A stretch of DNA of 64,000 bases from the human T2T-CHM13v2.0 reference genome, Homo sapiens. The DNA lies in NCBI RefSeq assembly GCF_009914755.1, contig NC_060934.1. The stretch is one strand, 5' to 3'. Under the pieces are notes generated by a model, which did not search any database, was not told where the DNA came from, and saw only the letters and a list, made by a program, of their open reading frames with translations. The position numbers and the translations under genes are program-made. Shown here piece by piece: positions 28,461-40,445 of this stretch (the first letter of the stretch is position 1; each line of letters opens with the position of its first letter).

Positions 28461-29824
28461 CTAGGGGGAGGGGAAGGGACAGATGCTTTTTGATGTGTCA
28501 GAGTTTCTGTTTGGGATGATGACAAATTCTGGAGATGGATACTGGCGCTGGCTGCAAAACAATGTGAATGTACTTAATGACACTGAACGGTGCACATAAA
28601 AATGCTTTAAATGGAATATATTTCAAATGTTTTACTAGAATAAAAAAAAAAAATTCCAAGCTTTTTTTCCTGTCCTAGCTACTTTGAAGCTACTGTCTTT
28701 TAAATATCAAATTTCAAAGTCACCCAGCTCAAAAGGCACAGTAGAAAACTGGTTGACAAACTCACTTTGGAGCGGAAGAATCCAGGTTCTCGTCTTACTG
28801 GCAGTGTGACCTTGGTCGCGTCATCTCCTCCTTTCCCTAAGGAGGGTGTGAAATGCTTTCGCCCAGTGAGTTGCTCAGCTGTGGTCACTCTGACTTTAAA
28901 GCTTAACTACGAATTTGAGTTTTCTTATCTATGTCCCCTGCCTAATATGACATACCCACTATTCCATACCTTTTTAGAAAGGGTTGTTTTTATGTTTGGT
29001 TTTGTGGGGACGGTGGGAGCTTTCGCACCGTGTTGTGTTGTGTTGTGTTGTCCCTCACTTTGCATGGCATGGTCACACCCTGATTGCGACTAGGGTTCCT
29101 TTCACCCTTCACTTTTATTGACTCTTGAAGTTTCTCAGTTAATTGCGTATTTTGCGTGTGCGTCAATCAAAATACAACCCTTCACCTGTGCCATATTTTC
29201 AGACAATCCTCAGATCTGTCTGGTTTTCTTCTGAGAAATGTGTAATTCACCGGCCACCCCATGCCATGGTTGTGTTACTCTCCTCTCCTCTCCTACCAGA
29301 ATGTCCCGTCTGCCTTGACCGGGACCTTCTCCACAACAGATCCCTATTCGCCCTTGGTAAAGGAACATTTTCTCATTTCTTGGTACCTTTTCCTCCATTT
29401 CTTCCACTGCCCTGGAACTAAACACCGTTCCAATGCTGTGACTGTGTGCCGTGCACTCAGCCTTTCCTCCCCTTTGCTAGCCAAGCTGTCACTCTGCCTC
29501 CACCAGCCTCTGCTCAAGCACTTTCCCCTTACGTATCTAAGTAAGAAGTTGGGAAATTAATGTTTCTGTTTTCTTCTTTTCCTAATGATACTGTAGCATG
29601 AAGATCATCTAATTCCAAAGAAAACTTCTGAATTTCGTGATGGTTCTTCTCCACTGTTGGGCAAACTTCACGGTCTTGTCATCATCTTGGCATTTAATCA
29701 CGTCGGCCTCACTGTCCCGCAAGGTGATTCCAGTCTCTGCCTTGCCTTTCATTGGCTGTGGTCTCTGGCAGCCTTCACAGTGGGGTGAGTTTGAACGTGG
29801 TGGTCTGCCACTGTCTAGACAGGG

Positions 29825-30040
29825 AGGCGGTTCAGCACAGTGGCTCAAAATGCGTCTCCAAGCCCTATGTGCATGTTGGACACTACGTCGACCTCTTGCC
29901 AGAGGGTCATTAGCTCTGTGAACTTGGGCAGGTAACTCAACTTTCATGTTTCCTGGTCTGTAACATGAAGGGTCTTTACAGTGTCTAACTCACTGCAGGA
30001 ACTGCCACGCTAATGTACTGTGGCACTTACCACATGTGGA
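29825..30040 (+). mobile_element. MIR
   Basis: tagctctgtgaacttgggcaggtaactcaactttcatgtttcctggtctgtaacatg. Confidence 0.6.
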
Positions 30041-30182
30041 CATCATTCAGGGTCTGGACTATGAGGTTCACCTGGGCAGGACCTTGCCTTCCCTGCCTTG
30101 TCACCGCCGTGTCACTGGGCCCAGCACCCTGGCTGGTGGTTAAAGTCATGTATGAATGGAAGCAGGCCGGAGGATCAGGACA

Positions 30183-30430
30183 GAGGATGCTTTATGTTAC
30201 CCCGCGTGCCCTGGGAGATGCCAGCACCAACTCTCAGGTCTTCTCCGTATGACCACTCTCCTCCCTGTGGCTGGCTGGGCTCCTCACCCTTGTGCCCATA
30301 CTAGAACATAGACACCCTCCCTTTCCAACCTCCTCCTTTTGGTCCAGGCACATTCTTCATAGTCAGAGACTTCTCACATTTCTTCTCAACTTGGATGCCC
30401 TCATACTTTTCTCTTGCCTCATACGGAAAA
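30183..30430 (+). repeat. Inverted duplication, arm A (248 bp)
   Basis: Ungapped reverse-complement match to 31587-31834; 25 mismatches by hand count (~90%). Confidence 0.97.
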
Positions 30431-30709
30431 AAACGCGCCTTGTTCTGCCTAAACTCCACCCCCATCCCCTGTCCAGGCTCACAAAGTACTTAACTTTCCT
30501 TTCACCTTTTCTATACCCCTCGGCCTCTCTCCAGGAAAGGCAATCTGTGATCTGCCTGCCTTTGCTTACATTTTTTGGGAACCACGTCAGCCTTTCCAAT
30601 GAAAGCTCAGTGCATTGTTATAATCTGATATTAATAACACTGGGCTACCAGTCTTGGAGGGAAGCATTTTCCCATTTAAAAACATGTCTTAGCTGCTGCC
30701 TTTCCTGAT

Positions 30710-30912
30710 GTACTGGAGTGCAGGTTCTTGTCCCAGGCAGCCTGGGTTTGAATCCACCTCTTCTACTTCCTAGCTGGGTAACCATGGGTAAGTTACTTAA
30801 CCTCTCTGTGCCTCATCTGTACAATGGGGATAATAAAAGCTTCAACATCTCACAGAGTTGTCCTGAGGATTAAATGACACGATGCTTGCAAAAAGCTTAG
30901 CGCTTTGAAAGT
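30710..30912 (+). mobile_element. MIR
   Basis: cctgggtttgaatcc...gttacttaacctctctgtgcctcatctgtacaatggggataata...gaggattaaatga. Confidence 0.88.
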
Positions 30913-31259
30913 ACTAATGTTTCTGATACATATGTTTGTTATCATCCCACTTACAAGTGGCCATCCTTTCCATGTTTTCTTGTTTCTGCCTTTCGCTTGG
31001 CCGAGTCGCCTGGAAATCCCAAGGAGGAGTTGTCTGGGGTAGAGCTCCCTTCCCGCTCCTGCCCTGGTCTTGTCCACATTCCTCCTCCCCATCCCGCCAT
31101 TGCTGCCCTGGTGTCTCTTAGCTGCCCTGCTGTCTCTTAGGTGCTAGACACACTGGGTGACTGGGAGTTAGGAAACACCTGCTCCAGCATCAATGGGAGG
31201 TGAGGCAATTCCATTAAAATGCACACTTCTTGTTTCTGTACCTCCAACAACTACTACTT

Positions 31260-31990
31260 TCAGTTTCTCCACAAACACTTACTGCTTGTTTCCCATGGGT
31301 CTGGCACAGGGCAGGCGCTGGTGAGGCAGACCCTCTCCTGACCCTTGGCAGTGGGTGGTAGGGGCAGATACATAAACAGGGCCTCAGAGACCAATATGGG
31401 AGAGCAATGGCAGGGCCATGTGCAAGGGGCAGGCACGTGACCACCCTGGGCAGAGGAGGGGTAGCAGTGGCCACTGAGGACCCTGAAGGAAGCAGTGCCA
31501 AGGCAGATTCAGAGATGAGGAGGGTGGGCCGGACAGGGGAGTGGGGTGGCACATTCCAGGCAGAGGGGACAACTCGAGCTAAAGAATTCTCCGTATGAGG
31601 CAAGAGAAAAGTGTGAGGGCATCCAAGTTGGGAAGAAATGAGAGAAGTCTCTGACTATGAAGAATGTGCCCAATCCGAAGGGAGGAGGTTGGAAAGGGAG
31701 GGTGTCTATGTTCTAGTGTGGGCACAAGGGTGAGGAGGCCAGCCAGGCACAAGAAGGAGAGTGGCCATAGGGAGAAGGCCTGAGAGTTGCTGCTGGAATC
31801 TCCCGGGGCATGTTGGGTAACGTAAAGCATCCTCAGCCTGGAAACGATCTGAGGTGAGCCAGAATGAAAAGCAGTTGAGCATTATTGGAGAGTAATGGGA
31901 CGAGTGCAGAATGGCGCGAGGCAGACAGAAGTCGATCAAATACCAGCTTTATTGTGGACGAAAACCTGCTAGAGAACATAGCTTGACCCT
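31260..31990 (-). mobile_element. L2 fragment interrupted by inverted-duplication arm B
   Basis: acaaacacttactg...ggcacattccaggcagaggggacaac; weak L2-like continuation after 31835. Confidence 0.6.
31587..31834 (-). repeat. Inverted duplication, arm B (248 bp)
   Basis: Reverse complement of 30183-30430. Confidence 0.97.
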
Positions 31991-32369
31991 CAGCCAATAG
32001 CCCCAAAGAAAACTTACCTCCCCACGCTGCAGGCCTCTTCCTTGGGGGTGGCACCTTCCTTGGGAGAGAAACCTGCCTCAGTGAGTGCCCTTCCGTCCTT
32101 CCCTGTGTGTGGGTAGCACAGAGCTCAATCCTGCCCCCTGCCATCCAGCGTGTGGCTATTTAGACACTGGGAATTCTCGCCTGCTGTTTTCAACCCTGGC
32201 TACCAGAATCTTGGCTGCAGCAGCCCACCGCTGTGTAGTAGGCGGATGTGGATAACACTAGTTGGACTAATTTAAGATTCAGAATGGCATGAAGAAAACC
32301 AAAGGATGCATTGAGGTATCTTCAAGGCATCTCAGACTCATGACCCTTCGCTGTGACCAGGTCCCCTTT

Positions 32370-33165
32370 CCACATGGCCTGTGTCAGTAAATTGGTGCAC
32401 CAGCCACCCATCTGCACAAGCAAAGAACTTCAGAGCCATCCTTGACATTTCCGCTCCCATCCATCCACTACCAAGTTCTGCCCATCCAGCCCCTAAATGT
32501 CTCCCCAGTCCATCTACATCTTCCTGCCAACCCCAAATCCAAGCTGCCATCATCCACCATTTCATTCTTGGACTCCTAAGAAAACCTCCCAACTAGGCTG
32601 CCCACCTCCAATCTTGAACTCTCTCAACCCATTCTCCAGCCAAAGCCTGGGGGATTGTTTTCAAAATGGAAATCTGATCACATCTCCATCCACAACCTGT
32701 CCCTTCTCTGGCTTCCCACGGTGTTTAGGATAAAGATCTGAATGCTCACCAGGACTGGTGGGCCTTGTGTGATTCCCCCCTCTCCACCTCCCCACAGCCA
32801 CTGGGTCCCACCCAGCCTTCCCTACCCCTCACGCTCCCCGGACTCCTCCTAGGTCTTTGCACATCTTCTACCTGGGATGTTCTGCGCGCACTTCAGGCCT
32901 CTGAAGCATCCTCCAGAACTTAGCTCACATGAAATCCCCTCAGGGCAGCCTTCCCTGCCCTCAAGCCTAGGTAGAGTTCTGGGTTAGAAGTTCTTAGAGC
33001 TCCCTATTCCTTTCGAGCCCTTACCACGGTTTGTTGCCCTTTAGTTTCTGCAATCATTCTCTTTTTCACAAGACCACGGGTTCCCTGAGGAGTGTTTTGG
33101 CTCACTCTTATCTCTCCATGGCCTATGATAGTAGTGGAAATGCAATATAAATTAATGAATTCTTA
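32370..33165 (+). mobile_element. L2
   Basis: gagccatccttgacatttcc...aaatggaaatctgatcac...ttaggataaagatctgaatgctc. Confidence 0.8.
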
Positions 33166-34787
33166 CATTATTAATTTAGAAGCCATCAGCAGAGTCCTAC
33201 CAATGGGCTTCTTCGGTGTGGAATTGTATGCCAAATTCCTATAAAAATTTAAAGCTTTTTTTTACTAAAATTTGGGGAGAAACGTCATAATGAGAGGCAC
33301 GGGGGGCTACATTTTGCATATATTTGCAGAAGTCGAGATATATGTAAAGTGACATTCTCTGGAAAAACTCCCAGACTATTAATATTAACCCAAGGTCAAT
33401 ACTAAAAGCCAGTTCCTCAGGGAGTTGTACTGAACTGTAAAGAAATGCACCAGGGTGTGACATGGCATCAGAGATGCTGAGCTTTTCATGACTTTGGGAG
33501 AGGGAACAGCAACTTCGCAAGCAGGAAAGAGTAAGACAGACAATGTGTTTTCAGCAACTGCTCTAGCAAATTCATTTTCGGTTATAAGATGGTGCAATAC
33601 CGACATGGAATTCATCATATCTGTCATTAGGGTGCTAATGAGAGAACATCACACACATATCACCTGAGAGCTGCAATAGAAAGAATCACTGTATCACTGG
33701 AAGAAGCTAGAAATGGAGTAATCAATATCAACAAAATCTATTGTTCCCAGGTTGCAAAATTGAGGGATTATTTCTACTGCAAGTCAGAATGAAACCTGTT
33801 TGCATTTGTCAGCAAAATGATCACATTTTACACCATTAACATTTGGCAAGACAGAGCACCATCCATTAGCTAATCTGCAGATGCACCAACCACAGATTCA
33901 GGAAACCAAAGAGCAGCACAGAGCTGTCTTGCCTGCACCAAGCCAAAGCGATGAGCTAAACCTGCCTCTTGGTTACAACTCAGGTAAGGTGGGTGAAACG
34001 GAATGGTTCATTAAAACAATTCAGTAGCTGGTGGCTGCTGGAAAAGATGTCACTAGGATGCATTGAATGTCAGGAGGTACTCAGGCAGGGACCGCTGGCA
34101 CATTAAGATACTCATGGGCTTGCCAGGAAAGGCCTAAGACATAGCAGTAAATAAAATAAACACCCCTCATTAAATTATGGTTCCCAGGATGGCGAACTGA
34201 TGTTCACGTGTTTGGCTCTAACGTCCTCTCTTGAGCTCCCAGTGCTGACTGCCGTGCTGGGACCCATGCCATGGAGAGTCAAGGGAGGAGTGGGACCCTG
34301 TCCCTTCTTCTCTGTCTTGGCTTTCTCCTAGGGATGTGGCCTGAGTCCTCTAGTTTCAATCCTTGGCAGAATCCAGGAAATGGCTTTCCCAGCATAACCT
34401 GTTCTCAACTCCCAGCTCTCCTTCCTGGCTTAAAACTAGTTAGTCTGGGACCAAGAATTCACAGGTACCACCCAACCCCTGGCCACTGGACATTCTCCCC
34501 AGAGCAACCAGCCTTCACGAGATGCTGCAAAACAAAACTCGTCTGTATGGGAACAGACGTAGCTCAGCAATAAGCAGCGAAGCCCCGAGAGCCTAGAGGC
34601 TGCTCCTAACCACGTGCTGGAGATGATCCGACATATCCACCTATGGTGGCAAGATTAAACTTCAGCAATTGGCCCCCAAATTTGTCTTGATAGGTGGGTT
34701 TCTAGAGTTTTATAAATATGAATCCAAGAAAATATTTTAAAGTATAAACACTGTAAGATGTATTCAGAGAGAACCATAATTCAGAAT

Positions 34788-34863
34788 TTGTCCTGGCACA
34801 TAATAGGTGCTCAAGCATTTATTGAATGAATGAGTGAATGAATGAATGAATGAATGAATGAAT
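34788..34863 (+). mobile_element. L2 3' end with (TGAA)n tail
   Basis: cctggcacataataggtgctcaagcatttattgaatgaatga... Confidence 0.85.
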
Positions 34864-35934
34864 CGTGACCCCAAGAACAGACATGCCACCATGGAGTCAA
34901 GTGAGGTGCTCCATCTTCATACTCAACGTGTCTTTCTTGGCAGAAATGTGGCAAAGACAAGCCTGCACCAAGGAAATAAATATAGGGCTCTGGGGCCAGA
35001 GCTGCCACAAATATTTGTTTTATGCATAAGATTCGCGATTGTGGAAACTGAGAACCAACAACATAAACTTCCCTTCGTCAACCAATGGGACATTTTAATA
35101 TGTATTAGTGGACAGCTTACAACAGTGAGAGTGAGGCTAATGCCAAACCAGAACCTTCCACCCCAGAAGACCACACTAATGCGTTCTGTCAGTGCCACAG
35201 CAGAGCTACGATGAGCCACCAGAGTGACCTGAGCTCTAGATGACGGCAACGCTATTTGGCGTTTCTGTAATGCTTCGGAAATGTACTCCTAGCCATTATT
35301 TCACTTGCACACACAGTATCTCTGGGACGAGAGTGGGGTAGATACCGTCCTATGTTGTAAAGGTGGGAAACTGAAGCTCCGAGAAGCTATACGGTTTGCC
35401 TTTGGCAGGCTAGGACACAGGGTGAGTGGGACAGGAGCCCCATACCTGCTGTCAGCTCCATCTAAACCCAGCCGGACATCCAGTTCCGCCACGACACCAA
35501 ATTTTTCCCACCTCTGGCCACTTGTTTGTGCTGTTCCTTCTGCTTAGAAGGGAGCACTTCCCCACCTTCACCTTCGTCCTCCTGTTCTCTAGGCAGAGCC
35601 CTTCCCGCTGTACTTCACATCTCAGCTTAGACAGATGTTTCACAGAGCCCTCCCCAGGTCACCCCATCCAAATATGTCACACTATTCATGTCCTTCTCAG
35701 AGCTTTAAACAATGTGCAATTACATATTTATCTCTGCGTGTATTTTTCTGTGTCTGCCCATCTCAGTAGCCTTAAACTGCATGAGGGCAGAGACCTTTTC
35801 TGGGGTGTTCCATGCTGTCACCTAGTTCATTGTCTCCATCATCCCCACCCCACTGGGCCTGTGATGAAGCTCTGGCTCTAAGCCCCAAACCCAGCCTTCC
35901 GGACTCTGCAAACTCCAGCTCGCCACCGCTAGCT

Positions 35935-35954
35935 GGTCCCCAGAGGGGGCGCTA
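35935..35954 (+). promoter_or_regulatory. CTCF-like motif
   Basis: ccccagagggggcgcta has a good AGGGGGCGC core and an imperfect 5' half; local CpG retention. Confidence 0.4.
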
Positions 35955-36073
35955 GAGAGAGACCGGGCAGGAGGCAGGAGGAGCAAGAAGAGATTTTTCC
36001 TTTCCTTTTGCTGGCTCTTCCTGCTGGAGTTTCCCCAGCAATGTTTTTGCTTTTTCCCTAATTGTTTCTAGGG

Positions 36074-36092
36074 TTTTTTTCTTTTGTTTTGT

Positions 36093-36125
<33 letters not shown>

Positions 36126-36211
36126 CTTTTCTTTTCTTTTCTTTTCTTTTCTTTTCTTTTCTTTTCTTCTCTTCTCTTCTCTTTCCGTTTCTCTTCTCTT
36201 CTTTTCTTTTC
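36074..36211. repeat. Compound (TTTTG)n(TTTTC)n(TCTTC)n microsatellite
   Basis: Seen directly. Confidence 0.95.
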
Positions 36212-36569
36212 ACATTTCTAGAAGTTCTCATTGTGCTCCCTCAGGGCTCAGAGGTCTGAGTCTCTTCTCTGTGGGGTCTCTCCTCCAAGGGTCCAGGTTA
36301 TATAATATAATAACAATATAGTATAGTAGAGAATGAAAACGGTATGCGCACAACACAACAATAAGGTGATATAGAATCATCTCGATGTTTCCCAACCCTG
36401 GCTGGATGGCGGCTGCTTCCTGGCAGTTATGTTCCTTAACTTATTCTGTTCCCCAATGTTTGTTTAAGCAGTTTCTTGCATTAGATTCTTTCTATTAAAA
36501 AAAAATGGTTCTGTTTCCCCAACAGGACCCCTGCTGATACAATCACCGTATCCACTGTGGTCATGGTTA

Positions 36570-36735
36570 ACACTGACTATTTATTAAACTCCACTCCAAG
36601 TGTTTCACATGAATTCATCTAACTCTCCCAACCCTGTGAGGCAGGTACAACTATTACCCTCAAAAGAAATGAAGGAACAGAGAGATTCAGTAAGTTGCCT
36701 AAGACTTCACAGCTACTGAATAGCAAAGCCGGGAC
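36570..36735 (-). mobile_element. MIR
   Basis: caaccctgtgaggcaggtacaactattacc...gtaagttgcctaagacttcacagcta. Confidence 0.7.
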
Positions 36736-39657
36736 ACTTCTGAATGAATCCATGTGTCACCCAATGGAGGAAGGAGCCCTTTTGCGCGGCCTAGAAGCTG
36801 CGTGGACAAGTGTGAGGCACAGCGGTGTGCCAGGGCCTTTCCCTGAGTCCTTTTCAAGGGCTTAGAAGCTCTTTAGTGTGCTTGGGTCTCCAATCTGGAG
36901 ATTTCTCAGGGCACTCTTTGGCTCCTTCTCAGAGGTGCACTTTTCCCTGCATCTCATCACAGCCTCTATCTTCAGCCCATGGGTTCATCACCCAGCACGA
37001 GAAGGGGATGAAGGTCTGGGAGGACCACAGGCCGTGGCCTGGGAAGGCCTCAGGCTGACACCACGGTGATGTGGGCGTCCATCCCAAAACTCCCCATGCT
37101 GCTTTCTTTGGCTTCACAAGACCCCGAGGAGCCACCAGGAAAGATGCTTACTGGGGATGTGATTTAGAGAGACGAAGCTTCAACACGTTGGCGAATGCCT
37201 AACCCTTAAGTGGAGCTATGATTTTGGAGGAACGATTATTAGAACTGACTTGAGGTGCTCTGTCTGAGGGTGCTCTGGAATCGAAGAGGCTTTCCTCTAC
37301 TCTGCAAGATAATGACTTCAGTTCACTCACATGGATGTTTAATTTTATAACATTGCTATTGGGCCCAGAAAAAAACTCCCTCCAGAGCCTATTATTAACA
37401 TCCCAAAAATGGAAAGCATAATCTCAGAACAAAGAGCTAGAATAATATTTTGCCAGGGTTTTATTTTTGCATTGTGAGGGAACTCTATGCCATTATTCAC
37501 TTTTTTTCTTTTTTTGCCTTTTCATTTGGAGTTGAGTGCACTAGAACGAAAATGCCTCAGCCACAAAGGCAACTAGCCTGCACGAGGGGGAAGAGAGTGG
37601 GAGGCTTCATTCCGTCACAACCTTGAGTTCAGTGATTATGCCCTTGGTAAAGAGGGGATGTCGGACACCTGCAGAGGTGAGGCCTGTCTCCAAGGAGACC
37701 CCTGCCTCCTGCACCTTGCCTAGTTGCTCCTGTGTGGTTTGGACCCTGGATTGCCCCCCATCCATTTTACTTCTTGCATCTGCAAGCTCAGAATTGAGCA
37801 TCTCTCGATTACTCCCTCAGATAATCAGCCCTCTTAACACACTGCATTCTAGGCCATCACTGGGTGAATGCTTTAACCACACCTTCCCATTCTCCGGACC
37901 TTCAGGCTGGCAAATGGTTTTGTACTCAGCTTCTCAGCCCTCAGCCTGAGAATGTGGATCAGGCCTATACCTGGGCCTGGATAGCCTGGCTCAAACATCA
38001 TCCTGAAGATGGAGGAAATGACAGTGGCTTTCCTCTTGCCGAATTCCCTCGTTATCTGCGTTGAATCAGTGCCAGCATAACCCATGCACATTGATTTGCA
38101 GATCTTCGTAGATTTGTGCTTGGGCTTCCTATGCCACGTCTTGCTCTGTGAGTGTGAGGGTTTGGTGTTCTCTCCAGAAGCCATGGCCCCTTGGAGCAAG
38201 TCAGGGGGACTTGACACATCACTCACCTGAAGCAACCCGGGCCAGGCAGTTGTCTTGAAGCGATTAAATAAAATGTGATTTTACTCATAAGTGATTATAA
38301 TAAAGTGGTTTATAAAATACATGTATTTATTTACTAGTACAGAAAGTCTCATTTTGAGATTTATTCAGAAACATGTTTTAAAACTATAATCCAGAAATGC
38401 AATTTAAATTTTAAACAAATACACTAAACAGTGCAATTTGAACAATGCGATGATGTAGTAATCTGGATGTGGAAGACTTTCCTTGGATGCACAGACCAGG
38501 AGAAAGAATAGGGCTGACCCGGCCAGGAGCCAATGCACTAATGCAGATGCTCGTTTTAATTACCCCTTCTACATTCTATGATATGTTAGGTGCTGAGTTA
38601 GACAGTCCCCTCCGGAGAACTCGCCTCCCTCCTCGCCAGCCTCCTCTCACCTCCCACTCTCCCCTCCCCACCGCCTCCTCCACACACACTTCAAGCTTTA
38701 TTTCACCCACTTAATGCACTCTGCTCTGTGCTCAGGTACTTAAAATCTCCCATTACTATCAGTCTGGCTCTTTTACGGCTTTTTTTATTTGCTCTATCAT
38801 TTCACAGTCCAGTTGTTCTTTTTGGTCAGGTGGACTATAAAATGCTCCGATAACAAGTTCACACTAGGAGCCGATGGCGGCCTCAATCTGTAATGACCAC
38901 AGACCCTTCTGTTACTGGTGTGTCCCAAATCAACACATTCACCATGCTGCCCACCCTGTTCCTACCCCAAGAACAGATTTTCCTTACTCTTCTGATGGCT
39001 GCTCCGAGAAGATCTTTCATCCTCACGATTTTTCTTTTAAATAATCAAGCCTTTTTCACCCTTGCTCCTTAATTACCTGCCTTCTCTAAGAGTATTTTAA
39101 TCTATTGCTATGGATTTAATATTATTTCTCTCTACATTAGCATCCATAAATATGAAATAAAATCAGTCTCTGTGGAAAGTCTTCTTTGGTGTGCTACCTT
39201 CCTCTGTATCTTCAGGGTACACCTTTACAGGCTCCGTACCCAGAGGGGAAGGACACTGGCTGAGGGTGTCATCTCTTCAGTCAAACTGCCTGTGGGCTCA
39301 CCCCATGCTACCACTCAGCTCTTCTGTGACTTTGAGCCTGTCTGAGTCATTTCATCTGTGATATGGGAATAATAACAGTTCCTCCCCACTCCCTCAGGAG
39401 TTATCCTGAGGATAAGATGAGATATTGGCTCTTCCTATGTGGGTTAGAGTGGGGTGCTTCTCTCCCTGAGGAGAGGAGAAGATCTCGTACAAAAGCATGG
39501 TGACTTTCCCATTCAGCTTGTCCCAATCTCAAGAAAGAATTGCCCAGCCAGAGTTCAAAGCCCACCATTGTTGCTGCCTGCTCTGAGACCAAACCTGCAG
39601 GAGCCAAAGCCAGCTGGCCCTGAGCAGTCAGCTTCTGCAGAAGGCAAGGTGGGCATT

Positions 39658-40017
39658 TGATATGGCTTGGCTTGTCTGTGTCCCCACCCAAATCTCATCT
39701 TGAATTGTAGCTCCCATGACTCCCACGTGTTGTGGGAGGGACCCAGTGGAAGATAATTGAATCATGGGGCTGGTTTCCCCCATACTCTTCTTGTGGCAGT
39801 GAATAAGTCTCACAAGATCTAATGGTTTTATAAGGGGAAATCCCTTTCACTTGGCCCTCAATCTCTCTCGTTTGCCACCATGTAAGATGTGCCTATTGCC
39901 TTCTGCCATGATTGTGAGGCTTCCCCAGCCACATGGAACTGTGAGTCCATTAAACTCTTTTTATTTATAAATTACCCAGTCTTGGGTATGTCTTTATCAG
40001 CAGTGTGAGAACAGACT
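39658..40017 (+). mobile_element. THE1 (THE1C-like) MaLR solo LTR with altered 3' terminus
   Basis: tgatatgg...gtgtccccacccaaatctcatcttgaattgtagctccc...cagcagtgtgagaacagact; TSD gcatt (39653-39657 / 40038-40042). Confidence 0.93.
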
Positions 40018-40234
40018 TTAGTCTGCTAAATTGGTAAGCATTGCTTACCAGTTCAGATCGAAGACAACTTTTAGGCTTGCATCAACCCCATAACGATTCA
40101 ACTTTTCCCTTCACTCTATTGATCCAAATTCTTCAGAGTTTATTTTCCACAAGCATACTCATGGCTTATAATATCATTGATTAGAACTTGGTATCAACTG
40201 GGCCAAATTCAAGAGTACTAGCTTTGCTATTTTG

Positions 40235-40445
40235 AAAAATAATAATTTACTACATATTAACTGTATGCCAGGCTAAGTGCAAGGTGCTCAACAAGTACTG
40301 TTAACCCGTAAAGCCCTTTGATATGGGCATAATTTTCACTCACTTTATAGATAAGCAAACTGAGGCTGAGAGAGGCTAAAAGTCTTTAACTTCATGCAGG
40401 TAGAAAGTAAGTGGCAGACGGGATGCAAGTCCAGGCTTGCAGGCT
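40235..40445 (-). mobile_element. MIR
   Basis: cactttatagataagcaaactgaggctgagagaggctaa. Confidence 0.8.

Noticed and set aside
30292-31830. Two similar peptides (LEHRHPPFPTSS...HILHSQRLL) on opposite strands, suggesting paralogous genes
   Set aside because: Explained by the DNA-level inverted duplication; no splice or coding evidence.
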